A stretch of DNA of 64,000 bases from Verrucomicrobiaceae bacterium (GTDB taxonomy: Bacteria > Pseudomonadota > Gammaproteobacteria > Pseudomonadales > CAMLJR01): positions 18,505-82,504 of the forward strand of contig JAQGNY010000017.1 of assembly GCA_028293825.1 (NCBI GenBank), read 5' to 3'. The notes below the pieces were generated by a model that was not told the DNA's origin, searched no databases, and saw only the letters and a list, made by a program, of their open reading frames with translations. A program made the position numbers and the translations under genes. Position 1 is the stretch's first letter; every line of letters begins with the position of its first letter. Of the stretch, positions 37,141-44,942 are shown piece by piece.

Positions 37141-38004
37141 TTAGCGCGCCACTTTCACCGACGACTGCCGATCCAGTCGATGCAAATAGTCTTCGCGCAG
37201 CTCGATAAAATCGGCATGCTCAATGCCGAAATACTGCAGCGAGAGCGGATTGACGCTGGTCAAATCACTGTCGTCCTCAGTGCGCCATAGTTTGCGATAG
37301 GTGCCACTGATTTCTTTCGCGATATCGAGCAGGGCGGAAAAGGCCTTGACGGTTTCATCGTCGTCGACCGCAATTTTATCCGCGAACAAATCGTCGATAT
37401 GCGGTTGAAAGCGAATGGCGTGATTGACTGAATCCGGTACGCACCAAATCTTGCCTAGCTCGTAACCGACATCGTAATGATTGAAGCCGTAGCGATCGGT
37501 TTCCTCCGCCGCCAGACACATCACCGAGCTTTGGTTGGCTTGTTGCAGCAGCGCTTTGTAATCGGGAAAGGCCTGCATCATCAGCGGAATACCGAAGTCA
37601 TGAAACATACCGACTGTGTAGGCTTCTTCGGTCGATAGACCGGTAAATTGCTGCGCCAGTGTGGACATAATGTCCGCGACCTCGGCGGCGGTATCCCAAA
37701 ACCGATTTAACTGCATGGCCTTGCCGAGCTGATTTTGCAGCGTGGTGACTTGCACGATTTGGGCAATGCGCACCAAACCGAGCAGCATGATGGCGCGGTC
37801 GATCGAGGTGACATTGCGCGCCAGCCCCAACGAGGGTGAATTCACAAGCCGCAAAATGGCGCCATACAGCGTCACATCGCGTTTCAACACCGTCGCGATT
37901 CGCGCCATGTCCGGGTTTTGGCTTTCCACTTCGCGTGAAATTTCCATCAGGATTTCAGGTTTCGGCGGTATGCGAATTGAGCTGGCGAGGGCGGCGGCCT
38001 TCAT
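37141..38004 (-). CDS. HDOD domain signalling protein
   Basis: The sequence PPKPEILMEISREVESQNPDMARIATVLKRDVTLYGAILRLVNSPSLGLARNVTSIDRAIMLLGL...GMFHDFGIPLM is typical of HDOD. Confidence 0.85.
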   Translation of the reverse strand: MKAAALASSIRIPPKPEILMEISREVESQNPDMARIATVLKRDVTLYGAILRLVNSPSLGLARNVTSIDRAIMLLGLVRIAQIVQVTTLQNQLGKAMQLNRFWDTAAEVADIMSTLAQQFTGLSTEEAYTVGMFHDFGIPLMMQAFPDYKALLQQANQSSVMCLAAEETDRYGFNHYDVGYELGKIWCVPDSVNHAIRFQPHIDDLFADKIAVDDDETVKAFSALLDIAKEISGTYRKLWRTEDDSDLTSVNPLSLQYFGIEHADFIELREDYLHRLDRQSSVKVAR

Positions 38005-38125
38005 GGGTCTATTTCCGGCGATAAGTGAAGTAGATTTTTATAGACCAACTACAGCCGATTTCCGTAAGGGTTTCCGCAGTGCGAATAAATTCTTTGAACA
38101 TTCGCCATTAATGAATGCGGCCCGA

Positions 38126-38701
38126 TTAGCTGCCATCAAATGCCGGTGGTGTTAGCAAGCGGGATTCGGGCACAGCGCCTTTTGCCAGCTCATCAAGGCC
38201 GTGCATCAACGCATTGAGAGCCGCCATTGTTGCAGCGTCGGTAATATTGCCCTGTGCGTCCATTTTAGTTTTAACCATTGAAACCACGACCTGCGTAGCG
38301 GCCGTCATCTGTGCTTCGATAATTAATAAGGTGCCAAGCAGGGAGCGGTGCGCGATGACGCCAGAGGTCGCCGCCGTTATCAACGCTACCGGCTTGTGCG
38401 AAAACTCCATCGACGACACCGTCCAATCGAGCGCATTTTTTAATGTGCCCGGCACGCCGATGGCGTATTCCGGCGTGCAAATCAAAATCGCGTCGGCGGC
38501 GCGCAATCTTGCACGCAACGCGATAATTTTCGGTGGCGGATTGTCGCCGTCCAAATCGGGATTGAAATGCGGCAGCTCATCGAGACCTTCCAGCAGCTCG
38601 ACGGTTGCTGTCGCCGCATGCGCAGTGGCGATGGCCTGAATCAAATGATAGTTCGATGATTTTTTGCGGGTGCTGCCACTGATGGCGAGGATGTTCAGCA
38701 T
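38126..38701 (-). CDS. NAD(P)H-dependent FMN reductase
   Basis: The sequence MLNILAISGSTRKKSSNYHL...ADAILICTPEYAIGVPGTLKNALDW carries the flavodoxin-like FMN_red signature. Confidence 0.85.
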   Translation of the reverse strand: MLNILAISGSTRKKSSNYHLIQAIATAHAATATVELLEGLDELPHFNPDLDGDNPPPKIIALRARLRAADAILICTPEYAIGVPGTLKNALDWTVSSMEFSHKPVALITAATSGVIAHRSLLGTLLIIEAQMTAATQVVVSMVKTKMDAQGNITDAATMAALNALMHGLDELAKGAVPESRLLTPPAFDGS

Positions 38702-38750
38702 TGGAACTCCGGTAAGTGTTGGTGGTTCAGCCCGTATTTAAACCACATCG

Positions 38751-38764
38751 TTGATCTGGATCAA
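38751..38764. promoter_or_regulatory. FNR box 1 (TTGATCTGGATCAA)
   Basis: It is a perfect match to TTGAT-N4-ATCAA. It lies in the divergent region between the FMN reductase gene (start 38701) and fnr (start 38846). Confidence 0.7.
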
Positions 38765-38768
38765 TGCA

Positions 38769-38782
38769 TTGACTTAGATCAA
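38769..38782. promoter_or_regulatory. FNR box 2 (TTGACTTAGATCAA)
   Basis: It matches TTGAT-N4-ATCAA at 9 of 10 positions. Its centre is 18 bp from that of box 1 and about 70 bp upstream of the fnr ATG. Confidence 0.6.
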
Positions 38783-38845
38783 GGCAGCGCCGGTGCGAGA
38801 CCGCTATCCTCAGCGTGATCCCTTTATTCGCGAGAGCAACCTGTG

Positions 38846-39649
38846 ATGTCGTCCACTTCTGCCGTACAAACATTTGCCGACGATATTGACGCTCGCCCCA
38901 TTGCCGCCAGTTATAGCGACAGCGTTGAACAACCGCTGCACTGCCAGCAAGCCGGCAAGGTGTCTTGCGGCAATTGCCGCTTATCCAAAATCTGTTTGCC
39001 TTTAGAGTTGCAGGCGCCGGATATCGATCGTCTTAACGCGATAATTCAACGCGGTCGGCCACTGCAAAAAGGTGAATTTGTTTATCGCGCGGGTCAGCCG
39101 TTCGCGTCCGTGTATGCGGTGCGCTCGGGAACATTGAAGGCTTTTTCGATCGGCGAAAACGGCGAAGAGCAGGTCACCGGTTTTTATCTGCCGGGTGAAA
39201 TTTTTGGCCTCGACGGTTTATGCAAAAGCAGTTATGCCAGTTCCGCGGTCGCGTTGGAAACAGCGGCAATCTGTGAAATTCCGTTCGAGCGCTTAAGCGA
39301 GTTGAGCGCACTCATTCCCAGCTTGCAGCGCACCTTCTTTCAGGTGATGAGTAAGGAAATTGCCGACGACCAGCAATTGCTGATGATGCTCAGTAAAAAT
39401 ACCGCCGAGCAACGTGTCGCCGCGTTACTACTGAGTATTTCAACCCGCAACGCACGCCGTCGTCTGTCATCGACTTCGTTTCGTCTGCCTATGTCGCGGA
39501 CCGAAATCGGCAATTATTTGGGGCTGACGGTGGAAACAGTGAGCCGCGTTTTCAGTCGCTTTCAAAAATCGAAAGTGATTGCCGCCGAGCAGCGTAATGT
39601 CGAATTATTGCAGCCCGACCGCCTGCGCCAAGTCGCCAGCGGTGGCTGA
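38846..39649 (+). CDS. fnr: Oxygen-sensing Crp/Fnr-family regulator FNR/ANR
   Basis: The N-terminal Cys cluster is HCQQAGKVSCGNCRLSKICLP (C-x2-C-x5-C, as in FNR), and a central Cys lies in LDGLCKSS. It also has a cNMP-binding-like fold and the C-terminal HTH RTEIGNYLGLTVETVSRVF. Confidence 0.9.
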   Translation: MSSTSAVQTFADDIDARPIAASYSDSVEQPLHCQQAGKVSCGNCRLSKICLPLELQAPDIDRLNAIIQRGRPLQKGEFVYRAGQPFASVYAVRSGTLKAFSIGENGEEQVTGFYLPGEIFGLDGLCKSSYASSAVALETAAICEIPFERLSELSALIPSLQRTFFQVMSKEIADDQQLLMMLSKNTAEQRVAALLLSISTRNARRRLSSTSFRLPMSRTEIGNYLGLTVETVSRVFSRFQKSKVIAAEQRNVELLQPDRLRQVASGG

Positions 39650-39665
39650 TTTTATGCGCGGGCAA

Positions 39666-41063
39666 TTATATGACTTGCGAGTAGCTGCGATTAAAAACCG
39701 GCGATAGATAGCGATCGAACACCATGCAAATAGTGCGCAGTAAAAACCGTCCAGAGCTTGTTACCGTAATGTAATTGGCGCTCTCGGTCAGCAGGCCATC
39801 GGCAGCAAGTAGCTCAAGCTGTTCTCTCTCGTCGCTAAAATATTCGGCGAAACAAATAGCGAATTTGATTTCGACCGCGCGAATATCCAGATGCAAATTA
39901 CAGATGATTTGCATGATAACGAAGCGGCGCAGCTGATCGTCTGCGGTCAAGCGCAATCCCCTTGCTATCGGCAGTTGATTTTGATCGAGTCGTCGATAGT
40001 AATCGGCCAGTGTCTTTTCGTTCTGCGCATAACCTTGCTCAGTGCTGCCGATTGCAGATACACCCATGCCGATTAAATCGGGCGCCAGCGCTGTCGAGTA
40101 ACCCTGAAAATTGCGCTGCAGAGTTCCGCGTTTTTGTGCCAGCGCCAAACTGTCATCGGCGCGAACGAAATGGTCCATGCCGATATTGAGATAGCCCGCA
40201 GCACTCAACACCGTATTCGCCAATTCGAGCATGACCAGTTTTTTATGCGCGCTCGGCAGTGCTAATCGATCGATGGCGCGTTGTGATGAAAACTGTTGCG
40301 GCAGATGCGCGTAGTTGTAAAACGCAATGCGATTGGGTGCCAGCGCGAGCGTTTTTTGCAGCGTTTGGTTAAGGCTTTTAATGGACTGCAGCGGCAATCC
40401 ATAAATTAAATCGACGCCAATCGCATCGAATCCCAGTTCGCGCGCTTCATGGATTAAGTTTTCGACTTGCGCAAACGATTGCACGCGGTTGACGGCACGT
40501 TGCACACCGTAATCGAAATCCTGCACGCCAAAACTGAGGCGATTAAATCCCAGCCCTTTCAGCAGCGCGAGCGTTTCTCCGGTAACAGTACGCGGATCGA
40601 TCTCGATCGAGTATTCGCGCTCAATACTATCGAGCAATTTAAAATTGCCGGCGATGCTGCACATCAATTCGGTCATTTCCGCTGCGCTTAAAAATGTCGG
40701 CGTGCCGCCACCCCAATGCAACTGTGTAACCGGCCGCTTATTGCCGATCAACGCCGACTGCATGCGCATTTCTTTTTCCAGATAATCCAGGTATTGCCGT
40801 GCATTGAGCTTGTTGGGCGTAACAATTTTATTGCACGCGCAGTAGTAGCAAATGTTTTCGCAAAACGGAATGTGTACGTATAGCGAAAGCGGCGCATCAG
40901 TATTCTTTTCCGCGCCTAGCAGTTGTGCGTAAGCGTCCGCGCCGAAGTTATCGAAAAAATTCAATGCGGTCGGGTACGAGGTGTAGCGCGGTCCGTTCGC
41001 GCTGTATTTTTCAATCAGCGCGCGTTGAAAATTCAATGCAGGCGCAACGGATTTTTTATTCAT
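39666..41063 (-). CDS. hemN: Oxygen-independent coproporphyrinogen III oxidase HemN (radical SAM)
   Basis: I trimmed the ORF to MNKKSVAPALNFQRALIEKYSANGPRYTSYPTALNF. The radical-SAM motif is YVHIPFCENICYYCACN. Length and collinearity are HemN-like. Confidence 0.9.
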   Translation of the reverse strand: MNKKSVAPALNFQRALIEKYSANGPRYTSYPTALNFFDNFGADAYAQLLGAEKNTDAPLSLYVHIPFCENICYYCACNKIVTPNKLNARQYLDYLEKEMRMQSALIGNKRPVTQLHWGGGTPTFLSAAEMTELMCSIAGNFKLLDSIEREYSIEIDPRTVTGETLALLKGLGFNRLSFGVQDFDYGVQRAVNRVQSFAQVENLIHEARELGFDAIGVDLIYGLPLQSIKSLNQTLQKTLALAPNRIAFYNYAHLPQQFSSQRAIDRLALPSAHKKLVMLELANTVLSAAGYLNIGMDHFVRADDSLALAQKRGTLQRNFQGYSTALAPDLIGMGVSAIGSTEQGYAQNEKTLADYYRRLDQNQLPIARGLRLTADDQLRRFVIMQIICNLHLDIRAVEIKFAICFAEYFSDEREQLELLAADGLLTESANYITVTSSGRFLLRTICMVFDRYLSPVFNRSYSQVI

Positions 41064-41138
41064 ATCTGGAAAACTCGAGGTGACGATAAAGAGGTCTGTG
41101 ACTAATGCGGACAATAAGCAGTTATGGGCAATGGTCGT

Positions 41139-41152
41139 TTGATCTGCATCAA
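41139..41152. promoter_or_regulatory. FNR box upstream of hemN (TTGATCTGCATCAA)
   Basis: It is a perfect TTGAT-N4-ATCAA match. Its centre is about 82 bp upstream of the hemN ATG (41063). Confidence 0.75.
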
Positions 41153-41291
41153 GCCACTCAAAAAAATAAACGCTATTTATTCGCTTGCTCGCAGATTTTA
41201 TAAAGTTTATTTAAAGCGATTGAATGAACGACATGAAGATTGATGTAAATCATGGTCGAGGATTTTTTGGAATTTATAGTGACCGTACTTT

Positions 41292-41363
41292 GTATACGAA
41301 TAACAATTTCGATACGAATAACACGTTCGATACAAATAACACTGACGATGCGATCAACACAGA
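41292..41363 (+). repeat. Four tandem imperfect 18-bp direct repeats
   Basis: The units are GTATACGAATAACAATTT, CGATACGAATAACACGTT, CGATACAAATAACACTGA and CGATGCGATCAACACAGA. Neighbouring units share 13-14 of 18 positions. The array ends 30 nt before the P450 ATG. Confidence 0.8.
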
Positions 41364-41392
41364 GAAAAATTCGATCAGTTGCGGAGAAGGCG

Positions 41393-42607
41393 ATGAATGC
41401 GATCCTAAAACAAATCCCAGCACACGTGCCACAGCACCTAGTGCGCGACGATTTCCCTTTCATTATGGGCGCGACTACTGCGGAGAATCCTTTTACGACC
41501 ATGGTGCCGGCGATTCATCAAGGTCCGGAAATTGTTTATTCGACGAATTTTTATCCGGGTCATCAACCGGCGTGGATACCGCGGCGGCTTGAAGATTTGC
41601 AGGCGCTGTATCAAGACACCGAACATTTCTCCAGCGAAGGTTTTTCGCCCTTTGCGCGATTGATTGGCGAAAACTGGAATTTGGTACCCGCTGAAATCGA
41701 TCCGCCGGCGCATGCCGCTTATCGCACCTTGTTGAATCCGCTATTTACGCCGCGCCGGCTGCAAGCGCTCGATGACAAGGTGCGGCAATCCGCGCGTGAA
41801 TTTATCGATAAATTTAAAGCGCGTGGCGAATGCGAATTCATGAGCGAGTTTGCTCTGCGTTTTCCGATTGTGGTCTTTCTCGACTTAATGGGATTGCCGC
41901 GCGAGCGCATGGAGCAGTTTCTCGAGTGGGAAAATATGCTGCTGCACAGTGCCGATATCGAGCACGTCGTTCGCGGTACGCGCTACGTTGTCGATTATTT
42001 GCGCGAGGTCATCGACGAGCGCCGTAAACATCCGGTCGATGATCTGATCAGCTTCGGCGTACGTGAAACTATCGACGGCCGCCCGCTTAACGACAATGAG
42101 TTAATTGGATTCTGTTTTAATTTATTTATCGGCGGTCTCGATACGGTGTCGACCAATATTTCATGGCAGGTACGCCACCTTGCCGAAACGCCTTCCGACC
42201 AACAACGTCTGCGTGAGCAGCGCGAATTAATTCCTAATGCGCTCGAGGAATTTTATCGGCGCTATGCCGCCGTCACCACATTTCGTACCTGTATCAAAAC
42301 CACTACGGTGCGCGGGGTAACGATTATGCCCGGCGATAAAATTGCCATGCCCACCACGCTGGCGAATACCGATCCGGCCGCGTGGGATAGACCGTTCGAT
42401 GTCGATATCGATCGCGTGCCGCGCCATATTACCTTTGCCTACGGCATTCACCGCTGTCTCGGTGCGCCGTTAGCGCGACGCGAATCGGTTATCGCACTCG
42501 AGGAATTATTCGCCGCGTTGCCGCCGTTTCGGATTAAAGAGGGCGCGGAAATTATCATCGAGCTTGTGCCTATTCTGCAGCCGCGCAATTTGCCATTGGT
42601 GTGGTGA
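41393..42607 (+). CDS. Cytochrome P450
   Basis: The ATG at 41393 is preceded by GGAGAAGG. The heme-thiolate loop is FAYGIHRCLGAPLA, and ExxR lies in the ELIPNALEEFYRRY region. The protein is 404 aa. Confidence 0.9.
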   Translation: MNAILKQIPAHVPQHLVRDDFPFIMGATTAENPFTTMVPAIHQGPEIVYSTNFYPGHQPAWIPRRLEDLQALYQDTEHFSSEGFSPFARLIGENWNLVPAEIDPPAHAAYRTLLNPLFTPRRLQALDDKVRQSAREFIDKFKARGECEFMSEFALRFPIVVFLDLMGLPRERMEQFLEWENMLLHSADIEHVVRGTRYVVDYLREVIDERRKHPVDDLISFGVRETIDGRPLNDNELIGFCFNLFIGGLDTVSTNISWQVRHLAETPSDQQRLREQRELIPNALEEFYRRYAAVTTFRTCIKTTTVRGVTIMPGDKIAMPTTLANTDPAAWDRPFDVDIDRVPRHITFAYGIHRCLGAPLARRESVIALEELFAALPPFRIKEGAEIIIELVPILQPRNLPLVW

Positions 42608-42638
42608 AAAAGCGCTTACCGAAAACTTGAGATAGTCG

Positions 42639-43619
42639 ATGAATAAAAATTTGTGCAATCAACCATTAAAAAATGCAGCGCCGGACTCGCTGCGACCGAT
42701 CGATAATTCTGCGGTGCACTCGCTCGATCATTTCGCGATGGACGTTCCCGATCTGGATGAAGCTATGAATTTCTATCGCGCGTTCGGATTGGATGCGCGC
42801 GTTGACGGCGATTCAGTCGGTCTGTATGCGCCGAATAATTCACAGCGTTGGGCGGTGCTGCGAAAAGCGGTGCGCAAACGGCTGACGGGGCTTTGCTTTC
42901 GCGTTTATCCCAGTGAAATAGCTGCATTACGAGAGCGTTTAATGGCGCGAGGTTTTACGTTGCAGCGTCACGATGGCGAAAGTTTTTCAGTGCATGATCC
43001 CGATGGGCTTGAGATAGAAATTTGCGCGGGCGGGCGCGTAACAGTAGATGAGAAAGCGCCGTTTGTAATTCACTCCGCACCCGCCGGTAAGCAAGCCGTG
43101 TGGCCGTGTGCAGCGGTGCCTTTATTTTCGCCGCAACGACTTTCACATATCGCGATTTTTTGCAGCGATGTCGATCGTGCGATTGAATTTTATTGCGGTG
43201 TACTCGGTCTTGCGGTTAGCGATAGATCGAGTTCGATGCTGGCGTTTCTACACAGTGTTCACGGCAGCGATCACCATATTCTGGCGCTGGCGAAATCGAC
43301 CGGCCCCGGTATGCATCATTGCAGTTGGGATATGGGCTCGATTGATGCAATTGAGTTATCGGCAGCGCGTATAGCCGAGGCAGGTTATCGCGCCGGCTGG
43401 GGGCTTGGTCGCCACGTATTGGGTTCGAATTATTTTCACTATATTCGCGACCCGTGGGGCAGTTATTGCGAATACACCGCGGATATCGATTACATTCCCG
43501 CTGGCTGCGGTTGGCGCGGCGGCGATCATGCACCGCAAGACGCCATGTATTTGTGGGGTCCGAATCCACCGGCGGATTTTATTGTTAATCACGAAGTAGA
43601 GGCTGCGGTACAAGGCTAG
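42639..43619 (+). CDS. Two-domain VOC-superfamily extradiol ring-cleavage dioxygenase-like protein
   Basis: It has two glyoxalase/dioxygenase modules (LDHFAMDVPDLDEAMNFYRAFGL... and LSHIAIFCSDVDRAIEFYCGVLGL...HHILAL...MHHCSW...GRHVLGSNYFHYIRDPWGSYCEY). It resembles type I catechol 2,3-dioxygenases. Confidence 0.8.
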   Translation: MNKNLCNQPLKNAAPDSLRPIDNSAVHSLDHFAMDVPDLDEAMNFYRAFGLDARVDGDSVGLYAPNNSQRWAVLRKAVRKRLTGLCFRVYPSEIAALRERLMARGFTLQRHDGESFSVHDPDGLEIEICAGGRVTVDEKAPFVIHSAPAGKQAVWPCAAVPLFSPQRLSHIAIFCSDVDRAIEFYCGVLGLAVSDRSSSMLAFLHSVHGSDHHILALAKSTGPGMHHCSWDMGSIDAIELSAARIAEAGYRAGWGLGRHVLGSNYFHYIRDPWGSYCEYTADIDYIPAGCGWRGGDHAPQDAMYLWGPNPPADFIVNHEVEAAVQG

Positions 43620-43686
43620 ATAGCGCGGTAGAAAAATATCAGGATGTAAGTATTGCTGATAATTTTTATGAGGGAATTCGCTCGCG

Positions 43687-43728
43687 GTTTTTCGCTTTTT
43701 GCTTCTTGTTTTTTACTTTTTGTTTTTT
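43687..43728 (+). repeat. Six tandem T-rich heptamers
   Basis: The units are GTTTTTC, GCTTTTT, GCTTCTT, GTTTTTT, ACTTTTT and GTTTTTT. The tract lies in the gap between the dioxygenase gene and the C39-like gene. Confidence 0.6.
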
Positions 43729-43889
43729 CACGTTGCGCTCGCATCAAACGACTATGGCAATACGGCGCAGCCTCGTTGTTTTCTGCCATCTAATTAAATG
43801 TATTTAACATCGCTGTAATACAACGCTAGCGGCGATATTCTTTGTGCGCGAAAATCCCGTCCTGCATTTCAAAACCCATCGGAGCGTTT

Positions 43890-44297
43890 ATGGCTGTCGT
43901 GCAAGAGGAGACCACGGGTTGCGGTATTGCCGCAGTGGCGAATATCGTCAATCTGTCGTATGCAGAGGTGAAAGCCAAAGCCAATTCACTGGGTGTTTTT
44001 GCCGAGGACAAGGCGCTATTTTCCGACACTCAGTATGTGCGCGCGCTGCTGCGTGAGTACGGTGTAAACACGGCGGCCAAAGAAGTACCGTTCAACACTT
44101 GGCAGACGTTACCCGAATTGGCGTTGCTGGCCATTAAATATCACCTCGAGGAGGGCAGGCCGTTTTGGCATTGGGTGGTGTTCAAACGCGAGCAGGGCAT
44201 CTCGGCAGTGCTCGATTCAGCGATCAATTTACAACATAGCGAGCGCACCGACTTCGAGGCGATGCAACCCGAGTGGTTTATTGCAATCGAACAGTAA
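43890..44297 (+). CDS. Stand-alone papain-fold peptidase C39-like domain protein
   Basis: The ATG at 43890 is preceded by GGAG. Q-x5-C lies in VQEETTGCGIAAVANIV, a His lies in RPFWHWVVFK, and an Asp lies in AVLDSA. This spacing fits the C39 Gln/Cys/His/Asp arrangement. The family call is from motif recollection only. Confidence 0.5.
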   Translation: MAVVQEETTGCGIAAVANIVNLSYAEVKAKANSLGVFAEDKALFSDTQYVRALLREYGVNTAAKEVPFNTWQTLPELALLAIKYHLEEGRPFWHWVVFKREQGISAVLDSAINLQHSERTDFEAMQPEWFIAIEQ

Positions 44298-44354
44298 GAT
44301 CGTTCGAAGTACGATGAATGCATTCGAGAATCAGCGACGATCAGGAGGTGTTTC

Positions 44355-44732
44355 ATGGTGATGCTCGACCATACCATCTTGCGGGTTAGCAATATTGCGG
44401 CGTCGATACGGTTTTATCGCGATGTATTGGGTTTCGAATATATCGGCCGCGCCGGTCCATTCGAGATGATTCGTATAAATACTGAGTTGACGCTTGATCT
44501 CATGGAGGTGTCGCCAAAAGATCCCATGCATTTTGCTTTTTCTTTCGACCGCGCGACGTTCGATGCGCTGCATGCGCGCTTGCTGCAATACGGCATTGCT
44601 TTCGGCAGCGATGTATTCGAGCGCGATGGGCGCATTGCGCAAAATTCGTTTGGTGCAAAAGGGAATGCGCAGGCCTTCTATTTTTACGATCCCGACCGCC
44701 ACAATCTGGAGGCACGGCTGTATACGCAGTGA
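44355..44732 (+). CDS. VOC-family (glyoxalase/bleomycin-resistance/dioxygenase) protein
   Basis: The sequence is MLDHTILRVSNIAASIRFYRDVLGFEYIG...HFAFSF...AFYFYDPDRHNLEA. It is a single 125-aa VOC module. Confidence 0.8.
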   Translation: MVMLDHTILRVSNIAASIRFYRDVLGFEYIGRAGPFEMIRINTELTLDLMEVSPKDPMHFAFSFDRATFDALHARLLQYGIAFGSDVFERDGRIAQNSFGAKGNAQAFYFYDPDRHNLEARLYTQ

Positions 44733-44913
44733 CGGTGTTACCCGTCGGTAACCGCACGAAGCGCGAGTGCGCCGGTACCCATAACCTTCCGCCTTTCTTT
44801 TCTTGAAATAATCACGTCATCCAATAATGACTAAATCCTGTTTAGTGGCTACTTTTATTCGGGAATATTGATTAATCGCTCAGCAAAGGATCCGGGCGTT
44901 TTGTTAAACAGGC

Positions 44914-44942
44914 CTGAATTGAATGCTGAATTGAATGCTGAA
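44914..44942 (+). repeat. 12-bp tandem duplication (CTGAATTGAATG x2.4) spanning the HD-GYP start codon
   Basis: The copies lie at 44914-44925, 44926-44937 and, partially, 44938-44942. Each unit contains TGAAT twice. The gene's ATG (44935) is inside copy 2. The same ATG in copy 1 opens a 3-codon mini-ORF (ATG CTG AAT TGA). Confidence 0.8.

Noticed and set aside
41224-41592. A 122-aa ORF reading the 18-bp repeats as YTNNNF/DTNNTF/DTNNTD hexapeptide repeats, considered as a possible RiPP precursor for the adjacent P450
   Set aside because: There is no SD before either candidate ATG (41224 or 41233). The ORF would overlap the P450 coding region by 200 nt in another frame, and the P450 start at 41393 has a strong GGAGAAGG. 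I retain it only as something to exclude experimentally (see the finding at 41292-41363).
41292-43728. The tandem repeats at 41292-41363 and 43687-43728, considered as CRISPR-like arrays
   Set aside because: The repeat units are directly adjacent with no spacers. They are 18 and 7 nt long, far shorter than CRISPR repeats. No cas genes are present in the window.
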